DNA from: an uncultured Desulfobacteraceae bacterium
GTDB lineage: Bacteria > Desulfobacterota > Desulfobacteria > Desulfobacterales > UBA5616
NCBI GenBank assembly: GCA_964386565.1
Contig: CAYLRU010000005.1
Location: 79,068-143,067 of the forward strand
Reading direction: 5' to 3'
Length of the DNA stretch: 64,000 bases
Made by a program: the position numbers and the translations under genes. Shown here in pieces: positions 50,339 through 60,453 of this stretch. The notes beneath the pieces were generated by a model that worked only from the letters and a program-made list of their open reading frames with translations, did no database searches and was not told the DNA's origin. Numbering within the stretch: the first letter of the stretch is position 1; each line of letters begins with the position of its first letter.

Positions 50339-50935
50339 TTATTTTCCTCTGGAAGCGCTTTCAAATCCAAGGTCAAAGGCCTTTAAGTTCGTTTCTACAA
50401 AATTCGATCTGGTTTTCGTCGAAATCACCGTTTTCACATCATCCACGGACAACGGAAGAACACCGGTCTTGATCAGGACGCCGAGCAGGACCATGTTCAC
50501 GGCCATGATATTACCCGCTTTTTCAGCAAGGCCCGCAGCATGCACGGCAATCAATTTTTTTGTTTTTCCGCGGATGATGGTCTGGATTTCATCAATATCC
50601 GGGTACACCCCCTGACCGGTGGTGACGGTAAACGGCGGAATGGGCGCGAGATTGGTGATGACCACGGTCTCCGGGTTGCACTTGTTTAACGCCCTTAGGG
50701 TTTCGCACGGTTCAAATCCCACCAGGACATCGGCCTGGCCGTCGGAAATAATGGTGCTTTGGGCGTCTCCGAAAACCATGGCAGACTCCACCACGCCACC
50801 CCTCTGGGCCATACCGTGAATCTCGCTCATCCGGACCGGAATGCCGGCGGCAAGCGCGACCTCTCCCAAAACCCTGGATGCCAGAAGATTTCCCTGTCCG
50901 CCTACTGCAACTATGATCAATCGGGTCGTTTTCAC
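50339..50935 (-). CDS. iorB: indolepyruvate:ferredoxin oxidoreductase, beta subunit
   Basis: IIVAVGGQGNLLASRVLG...EIHGMAQRGGVV (gamma-type domain of 2-oxoacid oxidoreductases). Downstream of iorA. Confidence 0.82.
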   Translation of the reverse strand: MKTTRLIIVAVGGQGNLLASRVLGEVALAAGIPVRMSEIHGMAQRGGVVESAMVFGDAQSTIISDGQADVLVGFEPCETLRALNKCNPETVVITNLAPIPPFTVTTGQGVYPDIDEIQTIIRGKTKKLIAVHAAGLAEKAGNIMAVNMVLLGVLIKTGVLPLSVDDVKTVISTKTRSNFVETNLKAFDLGFESASRGK

Positions 50936-51097
50936 TATAATTATCCTAATGTATTTTAAATGACGCTGTTTATCCAGACGATTATTTCTTATCCCGGAAC
51001 CTGTGCCGGCATTTGTTATCCAGGTTGGGTGTTGCGAGTGGCAAATTCAATATCCGGCAATGCAGAAAAAACAACTCTCAATGCCCAACCCGGCCGT

Positions 51098-52954
51098 TTA
51101 AGGATTTTTTAACGGCAAAATCGCATTCTCGGGGCAAATTTGCGCGCAGACGGCACATCCCACGCACAGGGTGGGATCGATTTTAACTTTTTCACCATCG
51201 AGAAAAAACGCCGGGCAGGCCAGCTCGTTTATACAATTTCGATGGTTTTTACATTTGTCGCTGACATAAAAAGGCTTAGCCCTGCCTTTTTTGAGGCTTT
51301 TCCCGTACAGCGTGCAGAGTTCCCGGGAAATGACAACGGATACACCTTTATAATGCAATGCCTCTTTTACGGTTTCGATGCTTTTTTTGACGCGGTACGG
51401 TTGAATCACCGATACGTGGGGAACCCCCACGGCCTTCACCACCGACTCTAGGGAAACCTGCTGATATTCATTTAAATTCAACCGGGTCATATCCACACCC
51501 GGATGGGGTTGATGGCCGGTCATCGCGGTGGTGCCGTTGTCTAAAATCACCATGGTCAGGTTATGCCGGTTAAACACCGCATTGATTAACCCGGGTATGC
51601 CGGAATGGAAAAATGTGGAATCGCCGATAAAGGAGATGACTTTCTTGTCGGTGACCTTTGAAAAACCGCAACCGGTTCCAAAAGAAGACCCCATGCAAAT
51701 TAAAAAATCCCCCATGGACAACGGGGGAAAAAAACCCAGCGTATAGCACCCGATATCGGTGGTACACATGTAATCCATATTTTCCGCGGCCTTTTTGACC
51801 ACATAAAATGTGGCCCGATGGGAACACCCCGGGCACAGGCTCGGCGGACGAACGGGAAGCCGGGGCACATCCGACAGATCGAGCTTTGTTTCCGCCGATG
51901 CGGATGAAATCCCGAAATAAGCGGTGATCACGCGTTTTACGGTTTCAGGGTCGAATTCATACAGCCGGGAAAAAAGTCCCTCACCTTTGCCGGCAATGGG
52001 AAGGGTGAGTCCCGCCTCCTGGGCAAAGGCCTTGACCGCCTCCTCCATGAACGGTTCCTGTTCTTCAACGACCAGCACTTTTTTACAGTCTTTTAAAAAT
52101 TCTTTTACGGTATTTTCGGGCATGGGATTTGAAAACCCGATACGGAGAATCTTAACCGCATTTTCAATATTCAACTCTTTTACGGCGTCAGCAACATACA
52201 GGTAACTCACCCCGTTGCAGATAATGCCGAAATCACCCGAACCCGTCACGCTGTTGACCGGTGAACCGTCACTCAGCCGCTCGGCCTTTTCGATGTTTTT
52301 TAACAGCTTGGCATGAAGATTCCGTGAGACGGCCGGTACGGCCACGTAATTGAACGGGTCCCGGGTAAAATCACCGCAGGTCTTTCTCTGCCTCATTTTC
52401 CCCAGCTCCACCACCGCTGTTGAGTGATTGATCCGGGTCGTAGTCCTGAAAATAACCGGTTCGTGCAGTTCTTCGGACAGTTCAAAGGCGTATTGAACCA
52501 TTTCCCTTGCTTCTCCAACCGATGACGGCTCCACCATGGGAAGTCCGGATAATTTTGCGTAATACCGGTTGTCCTGTTCATTCTGACTTGAAAACATGAA
52601 GGGATCATCCGCACAAACGATCACCAAACCGGCTTTTACCCCCAGGTAGGCCAGGGTCATCAGCACATCGGCAGCAACATTCAACCCCACATGCTTCATG
52701 ATACACATGCTCCTGACCCCGCTGTTGGCCGATGCGGCCGCCACCTCCAGCGCAACTTTTTCATTGATACTGTATTCGAAATAAAGATCGGTTTCTTTTG
52801 ATATGTCAAAAAAATTCATCGATATTTCGGATGACGGCGTACCGGGATAGGTGGTGGCCACGGCAACACCCGCCTCAATGGCCCCCCTGGCAATGGCTTC
52901 ATTTCCCAAAAGAAACATCTTTTTTCCGGGATGGTCTTCAAGCAGTTTGTGCAT
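51098..52954 (-). CDS. iorA: indolepyruvate:ferredoxin oxidoreductase, alpha subunit
   Basis: GNEAIARGAIEAGV..TYPGTPSSEI, a TPP-binding region (GDSTFFHSG), and C-terminal 2x[4Fe-4S] (CINELACP...CVGCAVCAQICP). Confidence 0.9.
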   Translation of the reverse strand: MHKLLEDHPGKKMFLLGNEAIARGAIEAGVAVATTYPGTPSSEISMNFFDISKETDLYFEYSINEKVALEVAAASANSGVRSMCIMKHVGLNVAADVLMTLAYLGVKAGLVIVCADDPFMFSSQNEQDNRYYAKLSGLPMVEPSSVGEAREMVQYAFELSEELHEPVIFRTTTRINHSTAVVELGKMRQRKTCGDFTRDPFNYVAVPAVSRNLHAKLLKNIEKAERLSDGSPVNSVTGSGDFGIICNGVSYLYVADAVKELNIENAVKILRIGFSNPMPENTVKEFLKDCKKVLVVEEQEPFMEEAVKAFAQEAGLTLPIAGKGEGLFSRLYEFDPETVKRVITAYFGISSASAETKLDLSDVPRLPVRPPSLCPGCSHRATFYVVKKAAENMDYMCTTDIGCYTLGFFPPLSMGDFLICMGSSFGTGCGFSKVTDKKVISFIGDSTFFHSGIPGLINAVFNRHNLTMVILDNGTTAMTGHQPHPGVDMTRLNLNEYQQVSLESVVKAVGVPHVSVIQPYRVKKSIETVKEALHYKGVSVVISRELCTLYGKSLKKGRAKPFYVSDKCKNHRNCINELACPAFFLDGEKVKIDPTLCVGCAVCAQICPENAILPLKNP

Positions 52955-53190
52955 TTCCGTATCCTTACACTGGCTGAAATGGTTGGCATTGACGCTCGGA
53001 TCCGCTCATTTTGAGCAAATTATTATAACAAGCATGCAGCAGGTGTAAAGCATTTTTTGGAGTGTTGATTTGAAAAGACCTTTACAAAGCCAAATCCATG
53101 ATTTATAACAATAACCCATTCTATTTCTGAAGATATATTTAATAAAAACAGATAATAATGAATGCAATTCATTTGCTGTAAGAGGCTTTT

Positions 53191-53814
53191 GTGCAAAACA
53201 ATACGACCCTTGTTATCGCCACACGCAATAAAGGAAAAATCGCCGAACTTAGGGACCTGCTGAACGGTTTTCCGGTTACCCTCAAAGATCTTAACGAATT
53301 TGGACCCATTCCGTCCGTGGAAGAAGATGGAGATACCTTTGATGAAAATGCTTACAGGAAAGCCGCCTTCACTGCAAAGGTTCTCGGGCTGCCTGCCATG
53401 GCTGATGATTCCGGGCTTCTGGTGGAAGCGCTGAACGGTGCCCCAGGGGTTCATTCCGCCCGGTATGGCGGAGATGAGGCTACGGACGAAGAGCGATGCA
53501 TGAAACTTCTCCGTGAAATGGACGGTTTGGAAAACCGGAACGCCACCTTTGAGTGCGTGGTATCCATTGCCGTGCCGTCGGGTCCGGCATTGACGTATGA
53601 AGGTCGTTGTGAAGGGATAATCACGTTTTCGCCCATGGGTGAAAACGGGTTCGGCTACGACCCGGTTTTTTATTATCCACCGTTGAAAAAAACCTTTGCC
53701 CAGCTTTCCATGGCGGAAAAAAATCAGGTCAGCCACCGGGGGAAAGTGCTGCACGAAATTCGGGACGAGTTTGAAAAAATTTTAAAATGGATCCGGTGGC
53801 ATATGCCGGCCTGA
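53191..53814 (+). CDS. rdgB: non-canonical purine NTP pyrophosphatase (dITP/XTP)
   Basis: LVIATRNKGKIAEL, DDSGL, FGYDPVF and SHRGKV motifs. GTG start. Confidence 0.9.
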   Translation: MQNNTTLVIATRNKGKIAELRDLLNGFPVTLKDLNEFGPIPSVEEDGDTFDENAYRKAAFTAKVLGLPAMADDSGLLVEALNGAPGVHSARYGGDEATDEERCMKLLREMDGLENRNATFECVVSIAVPSGPALTYEGRCEGIITFSPMGENGFGYDPVFYYPPLKKTFAQLSMAEKNQVSHRGKVLHEIRDEFEKILKWIRWHMPA

Positions 53815-53947
53815 GCGGCGATGATATATAGGCAATGAGAAAACAAGCCGGATTGACGTACATCACCCCAGGTGGTTTTTAACGGCAACCAGCATCGGGC
53901 TGACGTCAATATCACTTTAATTGCTCAGGGATAAGGAGTCGAATGAG

Positions 53948-55918
53948 ATGAACGAAAGTAACGATCGGTTTGACATCGTAAGGAAGATCGGCGGTATCAC
54001 ATCCACAGATCAGGCAATCGAGGTCTTCAAGAGCAGGATGTCCCCGAAACACCTGTCGAGAATCCAGGAAATCCGGAATCCGGATGTACTGCTGAAAATC
54101 GCCAATTCGATTGTGATGTGCGAACCCGAAGACGTCTATGTCAATACGGGCTCGGAAGAAGACAGGCAGTTTATCCGGGACCTTGCATTGAAAAAGGGGG
54201 AGGAATCCGCGTTGCCCATGGATAACCACACCATCCATTTTGATTTAAAGGAGGAACAGGGGCGGATTATCGACCGGACATTTTATATTGTCAATGCAGA
54301 CGAAGTGGTCAGTTCCCTTGCCAATAAAATGTTAAGGGATAAGGCATGCCTGGAAATCAAGGAAAAAATGTGCGGCATCATGAAGGGCATGGTCATGATT
54401 GTCGGTTTTTATTCCCGGGGTCCTGTCGGCGCCTTTGCCTCCAACCCGGCTCTGGAAATCACCAGCTCCGCCTATGTCGCTCACAGTGCCGAAATCCTTT
54501 ACCGGAATGCCTACCATGCATTTGACCGTGAAGTGGAGCGCCAGAATCATTTTTTCGCAAACATCCACAGCGAAGGGCTGAACCGGCCCGAGGATTTGCC
54601 CCATGCCCGTGTTTTTATGGACAGGAAATTCCAGACCACTTACAGTTTCAACTGCACCTATGCCGGAAACACCCTGTTACTGAAAAAAGGGAATCATCGT
54701 TTTGCCGTGGATAAAGCGGTATATCAAAACCGGGGAAACGAGCTTTCGGAGCACATGTTCATCACCGGCATAGAAAATGCGAACGGACGGATAACGTGGT
54801 GTGCCGGCGCCGCGCCCAGCGGATGCGGCAAGACAACGACCGCCATGGCCGGCCATCATTTCATCGGTGATGATCTGGCGCAGATGTGGATCGCGGAAGA
54901 CGGCACGATCCGTTCCATCAACCCGGAGTGCGGCATCTTCGGCATTGTTGAGGACGTGAACCAGGAGGGTGACCCCAAGTTAATGGAGGTGTTGAGAAGC
55001 AAGAAGACCGAAGTGATCTGGTCCAATGTGCTGATCGATGAAAATGGTGTGCCCCACTGGACCGGTAACGGCGAACCAGTCCCGGAAAAAGGAATCAACT
55101 TTCAGGGTGAATGGAAAAAGGGCATGACGGATGAAAACGGAAAACCCATTCCCATATCCCATCCCAACGCCCGCTGCACCCTCTCGTCTTCCGCCTTGGC
55201 CAACTACTCCGAACTGGCCGAGGATCCGGCCGGCGTGGAAACACGGGTCATCACGTACAGCGGCCGGGACAGCGACACCATGCCGCCCATATGGGCCGCC
55301 AAAAATCCGGACCACGGCGTTGTCATCGGTGCCTGCATCGTGTCGGCGGCAACCGCAACGGAAGTGGGTGCCACGGGCGTCAAGCGTGCACCCTGGGCCA
55401 ATGCCCCCTTCATCCCGGGATCATTGGGCGATTACATGGACGCACAATTCCGGTTCTTCAACAATCCGAAAATCAGAAAGGACAGGCAGCCGGTGATGGC
55501 CGGGTTAAACTATTTCCTGACCCATGAAGCCAGGGGCGGAACCGGTAAGAAGCTGCTGGGGGAAAAACGGGATGTCAAGGTCTGGCTGGCATGGCTCGAA
55601 CGCCTGGTGAACAATGAGGTTTCATTTATTTTAACCCCCATCGGGAAAATACCCAGGTATGAAGATTTAAAAAGCATGTTTGCGTCGATCATCGACAAGG
55701 ACTACCCGGAAGACCTTTATAACAAGCAGTTTTCCCTGTACGTGGACAATATTCTGGCGCGAATCGATCTTCAGATGGAAGCCTATGCCAGGGAACCCGA
55801 TATCCCGAAAAAGCTTTTTGAAATCTTGAACGAACAGCGTACCGGACTTACCGATCTGAAAGAAAAATACGGTCCGATTGTACCGCCTTCAGATCTCATT
55901 CAATACAACAACCGGTAA
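53948..55918 (+). CDS. pckG: phosphoenolpyruvate carboxykinase (GTP)
   Basis: P-loop APSGCGKTTTAM followed by GDDLAQMW...IRSINPECGIFGI, matching the GTP-PEPCK core pattern. AAGGAG SD 9 nt before the ATG at 53948. Confidence 0.82.
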   Translation: MNESNDRFDIVRKIGGITSTDQAIEVFKSRMSPKHLSRIQEIRNPDVLLKIANSIVMCEPEDVYVNTGSEEDRQFIRDLALKKGEESALPMDNHTIHFDLKEEQGRIIDRTFYIVNADEVVSSLANKMLRDKACLEIKEKMCGIMKGMVMIVGFYSRGPVGAFASNPALEITSSAYVAHSAEILYRNAYHAFDREVERQNHFFANIHSEGLNRPEDLPHARVFMDRKFQTTYSFNCTYAGNTLLLKKGNHRFAVDKAVYQNRGNELSEHMFITGIENANGRITWCAGAAPSGCGKTTTAMAGHHFIGDDLAQMWIAEDGTIRSINPECGIFGIVEDVNQEGDPKLMEVLRSKKTEVIWSNVLIDENGVPHWTGNGEPVPEKGINFQGEWKKGMTDENGKPIPISHPNARCTLSSSALANYSELAEDPAGVETRVITYSGRDSDTMPPIWAAKNPDHGVVIGACIVSAATATEVGATGVKRAPWANAPFIPGSLGDYMDAQFRFFNNPKIRKDRQPVMAGLNYFLTHEARGGTGKKLLGEKRDVKVWLAWLERLVNNEVSFILTPIGKIPRYEDLKSMFASIIDKDYPEDLYNKQFSLYVDNILARIDLQMEAYAREPDIPKKLFEILNEQRTGLTDLKEKYGPIVPPSDLIQYNNR

Positions 55919-55991
55919 GGTCCGTTTTCATCAACCGACAGGTGACGGGCGGCGGTCTGAATACCGCTGCCCATATTTTTTTTTGGTCGTT

Positions 55992-57245
55992 ATGGCGCAT
56001 CCTGAACAATCCATCCTGAACGACATTTTCAACCGCCGCATGCTGGTCGCCTTACTAATGGGGTTTTCCTCCGGCCTGCCGTTGCTGTTGACCCTGTCGG
56101 TCCTGCAGGCCTGGATGACGGACGAAGGGGTGAATCTGACCGTAATCGGTTTTATGAACCTTGTGGGACTGCCTTACGTGTTGAAGTTTCTTTGGGCGCC
56201 GTTGGTTGACCGGTTCACCCTGCCCGTTTTCGGCCGGCGCAGGGGGTGGCTGCTCATTTTCCAAATCGCCCTGATGATGGCCATCTACGCACTGGGATCA
56301 ACCGATCCGGTTAAAAGCCCCCTGCTTCTCACCATTGCCGCTTTCCTGGTGACATTTTTCAGCGCATCCCAGGATATCGTTGTGGATGCCTATCGAAGAG
56401 AAGACTTGCCCGATGAAGAACTGGGTCTGGGTGCGTCTCTTTATATCAACGGATACAGGACGGGAATGCTCTTGGCCTCAGGCGGCGGGTTGATCCTGGC
56501 GGACCATATTCCGTTTTCCATGGTCTATTTTATCATGGCGGCCTGCATGCTGCCGGGCATTATCACCACCGTGTTGACCCCGGAGCCGGATATCGCCGCC
56601 GGTGTTCCGAAAACCATGAAAGAAGCCGTTATCGATCCCTTGACCGAATACTTCAACCGAAAGAATGCCTTATGGATATTGGCGTTTATATTGTTTTATA
56701 AAATCGGTGACGCCATGGCCGGCGCCATCACAACGCCTTTTTATCTGAATATCGGTTTTTCAAAATCGGAAATCGGCACCGTTGTTAAAATTTTCGGATT
56801 CTGGGCCACCGTTGCCGGCGGCCTGGCCGGAGGAATCATGATGCTCCGGCTGGGAATTTACCGCAGTCTGTGGTTTTTCGGAATCCTGCAGGCCATTTCC
56901 ACGGCCGGATTTGCCGTCCTTGCACGGATCGGTCATCATACGGCTGCATTGTCCGGCATCATCGCTTTCGAGAATTTAAGCAGCGGCATGGGGACCGCCG
57001 CCTTTGTCGCGTTTATGGCCAGCATCACCAACAAAAAATTCACGGCCACGCAATACGCACTCTTAAGCAGCCTCATGGGAGTTCCCCGGGTGATAGCATC
57101 GGCTTTTACCGGACTCATGGCCGAGCACATGGGCTGGGAAAGTTTTTTTATCTTCTGCACCATCATCGCCATCCCCGGTTTACTCCTCCTGCTCAAATTT
57201 GTCCCATTTGCCCACGCAACCCGACAAAACAAAGATATGGAGTAA
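55992..57245 (+). CDS. ampG: AmpG-family MFS muropeptide permease
   Basis: LLMGFSSGLPLLLTLSVLQAWM...LKFLWAPLVDR motif and about 12 or more TM helices. Start set at the ATG at 55992. Confidence 0.82.
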   Translation: MAHPEQSILNDIFNRRMLVALLMGFSSGLPLLLTLSVLQAWMTDEGVNLTVIGFMNLVGLPYVLKFLWAPLVDRFTLPVFGRRRGWLLIFQIALMMAIYALGSTDPVKSPLLLTIAAFLVTFFSASQDIVVDAYRREDLPDEELGLGASLYINGYRTGMLLASGGGLILADHIPFSMVYFIMAACMLPGIITTVLTPEPDIAAGVPKTMKEAVIDPLTEYFNRKNALWILAFILFYKIGDAMAGAITTPFYLNIGFSKSEIGTVVKIFGFWATVAGGLAGGIMMLRLGIYRSLWFFGILQAISTAGFAVLARIGHHTAALSGIIAFENLSSGMGTAAFVAFMASITNKKFTATQYALLSSLMGVPRVIASAFTGLMAEHMGWESFFIFCTIIAIPGLLLLLKFVPFAHATRQNKDME

Positions 57246-57246
57246 C

Positions 57247-58998
57247 ATGATCATGGCAGGAACTGACCGCCGTCAAAACGAAATCCGGCGAATTAAAGCT
57301 CTCGATAAAGAAAGAACCGAAATTTTATCCATGGCGCCGGAAAAGGCCTTAAACCGTATTCTGGATCATCCCCAACCCGCGGCCCTGGTTCATTCATTTC
57401 CTGAAGAAGACCTCTATTTTTTGATCCACGACATCGGTCCGGAAGATGCCTTGCCCCTTTTGGCCCTGGCTTCCGGCAGACAACTGGATTTTATCCTGGA
57501 CCAGGAAATCTGGGAAAAAGACCGGATCGATCCCCTGGCGCTGACGAACTGGTTTGACCTGATGCTGAAGACAGAACCTGCCCGATTTATCAAATGGCTG
57601 ACACAGGAGCGAATCAACCTGCTGGAATTTTACCTGTATAAAAACATCGAACTCAGGATCCGGGAACATGATCAGGATCCGTCTGAATTTGGAGAGGATT
57701 TCATTACCTTTGATAATGTGTTTTATATCAGGATATTGCCCCTTGACCAGGATGAAATTCAGGCCGCTGCAGTGGTGGATCAGGACCTTGTTGATGATGA
57801 CAAAAGAATGCACCTTTTAAAAACCATCCTTGAATGCATGGCGTCCATGGATTTTACGACCTACCGGAATATTATCCTTGAGTCCGTCCATGTATTGCCC
57901 GCGGAAACGGAAGAGGAGGAATTTCGCCTCAGAAACATCAGGCTTTCGGAAAAAGGGTTCCTGCCTTTTGACGAGGCAGTCGGAATTTATCAACCCATCA
58001 CGCCTGAAAGGATTTACGAAAAAAGATCAAGCATTGATAAGAAAAAATTTTTTTCAGGCCGGATGATTGCAACGCCCATGACCCCGTTGAAGCTTCTTGA
58101 CGCGGATAACATCTTTTCCCGGGCACTGGCGCATATCTCCACTGATGAACGAATAGAGGCGCTTCAGACGGAATTTGCCGCACTCTGCAACCAACTGGCC
58201 GTAGCCGATCAAAAAAAAATCAAAGACAGGAAAATGCTGGAGGGAATCGTCAAAAAAGCATGCGGATACATTGCCATGGGTCTTGAAATGCTTACCAGCA
58301 AAGGCGAAAAACCGGGTACGGCTGTAAATTTGATTTTAAAATATCCGGTTGCCGATATTTTCAGGGTGGGTTACGGCCGGGTCATGGCCCTTAAACGGCA
58401 GGCTGAAAAGTGGATCGCCGACAGTTGGTTTTCACACCAGGGACTTTCCTTGAATTTCTGGGGAGAAGAATGGCTCGGCGTATTGGGGGGATTGCTGATT
58501 AAAAGACCGCTTTTTTTCGATAATTACAAAACCGGCGTTTTATACAGAGAATTTGAATCCTCAACGGAATTGGAACAAACCCGAAAAATCCTGAACGACA
58601 TTATTGCATTCGACCGTCTTTTGTCTCTTACGGACATCCGCATTCATCCGTCCACCACCAGGGTGGGGGTTTTATTTTACAAAAACCTGGTGTTGACTTT
58701 ATGGGCACGACATTATCTCGGACTTCCCGGTGAAGCAGCCCACCTCACCATGAGTCAATTCCGTCAGTTCTATGGACGTCTCTGGCGGGAAAAAACCAGG
58801 CCGAAAAAAATCGCCGATACCATGAAATCCTCGTTTTTATCCTTTTTGGCCCAAAAAACCGGGCTTGAAGCGCTTGACATCACCCATCAGGTCGGTCCGA
58901 TACTGGAAAATCTTTTTCTGGAGATTGAACGCGAGTACGGTGAAGTGTCTGCTGACGATCTTGATGCAAGATATGTCCAGCTTTTTCTAATCAAATAA
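57247..58998 (+). CDS. conserved hypothetical soluble protein (possibly a DUF6178-type family; helical N-terminus)
   Basis: Long uninterrupted ORF. ATG lies 1 nt after the ampG stop, with GGAG 6 nt upstream. I recognise no catalytic motif. Confidence 0.6.
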   Translation: MIMAGTDRRQNEIRRIKALDKERTEILSMAPEKALNRILDHPQPAALVHSFPEEDLYFLIHDIGPEDALPLLALASGRQLDFILDQEIWEKDRIDPLALTNWFDLMLKTEPARFIKWLTQERINLLEFYLYKNIELRIREHDQDPSEFGEDFITFDNVFYIRILPLDQDEIQAAAVVDQDLVDDDKRMHLLKTILECMASMDFTTYRNIILESVHVLPAETEEEEFRLRNIRLSEKGFLPFDEAVGIYQPITPERIYEKRSSIDKKKFFSGRMIATPMTPLKLLDADNIFSRALAHISTDERIEALQTEFAALCNQLAVADQKKIKDRKMLEGIVKKACGYIAMGLEMLTSKGEKPGTAVNLILKYPVADIFRVGYGRVMALKRQAEKWIADSWFSHQGLSLNFWGEEWLGVLGGLLIKRPLFFDNYKTGVLYREFESSTELEQTRKILNDIIAFDRLLSLTDIRIHPSTTRVGVLFYKNLVLTLWARHYLGLPGEAAHLTMSQFRQFYGRLWREKTRPKKIADTMKSSFLSFLAQKTGLEALDITHQVGPILENLFLEIEREYGEVSADDLDARYVQLFLIK

Positions 58999-59015
58999 CG
59001 CATTCAGCAAAAGAA

Positions 59016-59447
59016 TCATAAAATCTCGATTCCGTCACCGACCCGGATGACGCCGCCCTTAACGACCCGTGCAAACACCCCTTTGCGGGGCATGATGCAG
59101 TCTCCGGCCTGATGGTAGACAGCGCACTTGTTATGGCAGGTCTTGCCGATCTGTGTAATCTCCATAACCGCTGAATCACCGAGTCTCACCCGTGTACCCA
59201 CCGGCAATCGTTCCCAGGTGATCCCCGAAGTAGCGATGTTTTCCGCAAAATCGCCATAACTGACGTCAAGTCCCTGAACACGACGCACATGGTCGATGTT
59301 TTCAGCCGACAGAAAACTGACCTGGCGGTGCCACGGCCCGGCATGGGCGTCATTTTCCAGCCCATGGTCTTTCTTTGCACGGGCTTTGCTGATTTGAAAT
59401 TTCCGCGTTCCTTTTTTTTTGCTGATACTGATGGATACGATTTTCAT
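59016..59447 (-). CDS. MOSC domain protein
   Basis: Small MOSC beta-barrel pattern (GLENDAHAG..HRQVSFL...GDFAENI...CHNKCAVYHQAGDCIMP). ATGA overlap with the upstream gene. Confidence 0.78.
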   Translation of the reverse strand: MKIVSISISKKKGTRKFQISKARAKKDHGLENDAHAGPWHRQVSFLSAENIDHVRRVQGLDVSYGDFAENIATSGITWERLPVGTRVRLGDSAVMEITQIGKTCHNKCAVYHQAGDCIMPRKGVFARVVKGGVIRVGDGIEIL

Positions 59448-59836
59448 GGTGCCTTTATTTGTTTCAGGATATCCCGAAAGACGTCACATGACTTGCAAAT
59501 TTCGATTTTCTCCTGCCAGTTCCGGCGAGGCGATCCGTCACAAATGGTCCCGTTAATGAACCAGCAATATTTTCCGGCTTTAAATTCCCATGCCGGACAT
59601 TTCTCTTTTTTTGCTGAATCGCAACCCAACAGGTTCCAGCAATATTCCTGTTTTTCCATGTCCACCAATGCCATTGCCATCAAAAAATAAACCTGCCGTT
59701 CCACATCCATTGGAATGACCCGCCAGCCCTGCTCGTAACTGTGAATCGCCTTGATGGACTTGCCCAGAAGCTGGGCCATTTCCTTTTGTGTTTTGCCCAG
59801 TTTTTTCCGAAAATATGAAAATTCCTGTTTTTTCAT
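59444..59836 (-). CDS. XRE-type HTH regulator fused to a Cys-rich domain with two CW motifs
   Basis: HTH (KTQKEMAQLLGKSIKAIHSYEQG), then YCWNLLGCDSAKKEKCPAWEFKAGKYCWFINGTICDG...ICKSCDVF with 7 Cys. Confidence 0.7.
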   Translation of the reverse strand: MKKQEFSYFRKKLGKTQKEMAQLLGKSIKAIHSYEQGWRVIPMDVERQVYFLMAMALVDMEKQEYCWNLLGCDSAKKEKCPAWEFKAGKYCWFINGTICDGSPRRNWQEKIEICKSCDVFRDILKQIKAP

Positions 59837-59925
59837 TGTTTGTCCTTAATCGCGAAATGTTGATGCAAGCATACATCCCACATTGTAGTAATATCGTCAA
59901 GTTTTTTATGTACGGTCAATTAATT

Positions 59926-60315
59926 TCAGGGCTTTTTACAACTGGCCAGGGCAAGATAAAATGCACCAACGGCCAATTCCGCGCAATGGGTTTCATGGGC
60001 AGGCAGGGTTTGAAGGTATTCGACCACGGTCTCCGGCGTGATTTCCCATGCCGCGTCAACGGCCTTTCCCTCACATAAAAAGGCGACGGTGTTTGCGCAG
60101 GCATTGGTGCTCAGACAGCCGTCCGTTGTAAATGAAACCGATTTGATACGATTCTCGTCAATGGTCAAAAAAAATTCGACAGAGTCCCCGCACTCGCCGG
60201 TTTTTTTGCCATAACCATTCGGATTTTCAATGCTTTCATGGTAATCCGATCTGAGGGCCATTTCAAGATACGACAATGCGTGGTCCTGCCAAAAGTTAAA
60301 CGGTTCATCTGTCAT
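59926..60315 (-). CDS. NifU/IscU N-terminal-domain-like Fe-S cluster scaffold protein
   Basis: GECGDSVEFFL...TDGCLSTNAC...THCAELA carries the three conserved scaffold cysteines. Confidence 0.82.
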   Translation of the reverse strand: MTDEPFNFWQDHALSYLEMALRSDYHESIENPNGYGKKTGECGDSVEFFLTIDENRIKSVSFTTDGCLSTNACANTVAFLCEGKAVDAAWEITPETVVEYLQTLPAHETHCAELAVGAFYLALASCKKP

Positions 60316-60415
60316 GCCAGGTTCTCCATTCCGACAATTAAATGGTTCTTTATTTTAAAAATCGGTGCCTACTGAATAATTTCATAAAATTCAACGAGAA
60401 AAACAGGCCTCCCCC

Positions 60416-60453
60416 AAAAAAAAACGGTTAACCGGCCAAAGGCCGGTTAACCG
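60416..60453 (-). terminator. strong orphan rho-independent terminator
   Basis: Perfect 13-bp stem CGGTTAACCGGCC / GGCCGGTTAACCG (60425-60437 / 60441-60453) with a 3-nt loop. On the minus strand it is followed by nine T (60416-60424). No annotated CDS ends within 540 nt upstream. Confidence 0.8.

Noticed and set aside
53023-53754. 243-aa minus-strand ORF overlapping rdgB.
   Set aside because: It is fully antisense to a gene with textbook RdgB motifs. Its translation has no recognisable features, and it extends into the iorA-rdgB intergenic region without an SD.
60349-60370. Second sigma-54-like element AGGCACCGATTTTTAAA upstream of the nifU-like gene.
   Set aside because: The -24 GG is present, but the -12 position reads TTTA rather than TTGC, so the invariant GC is missing.
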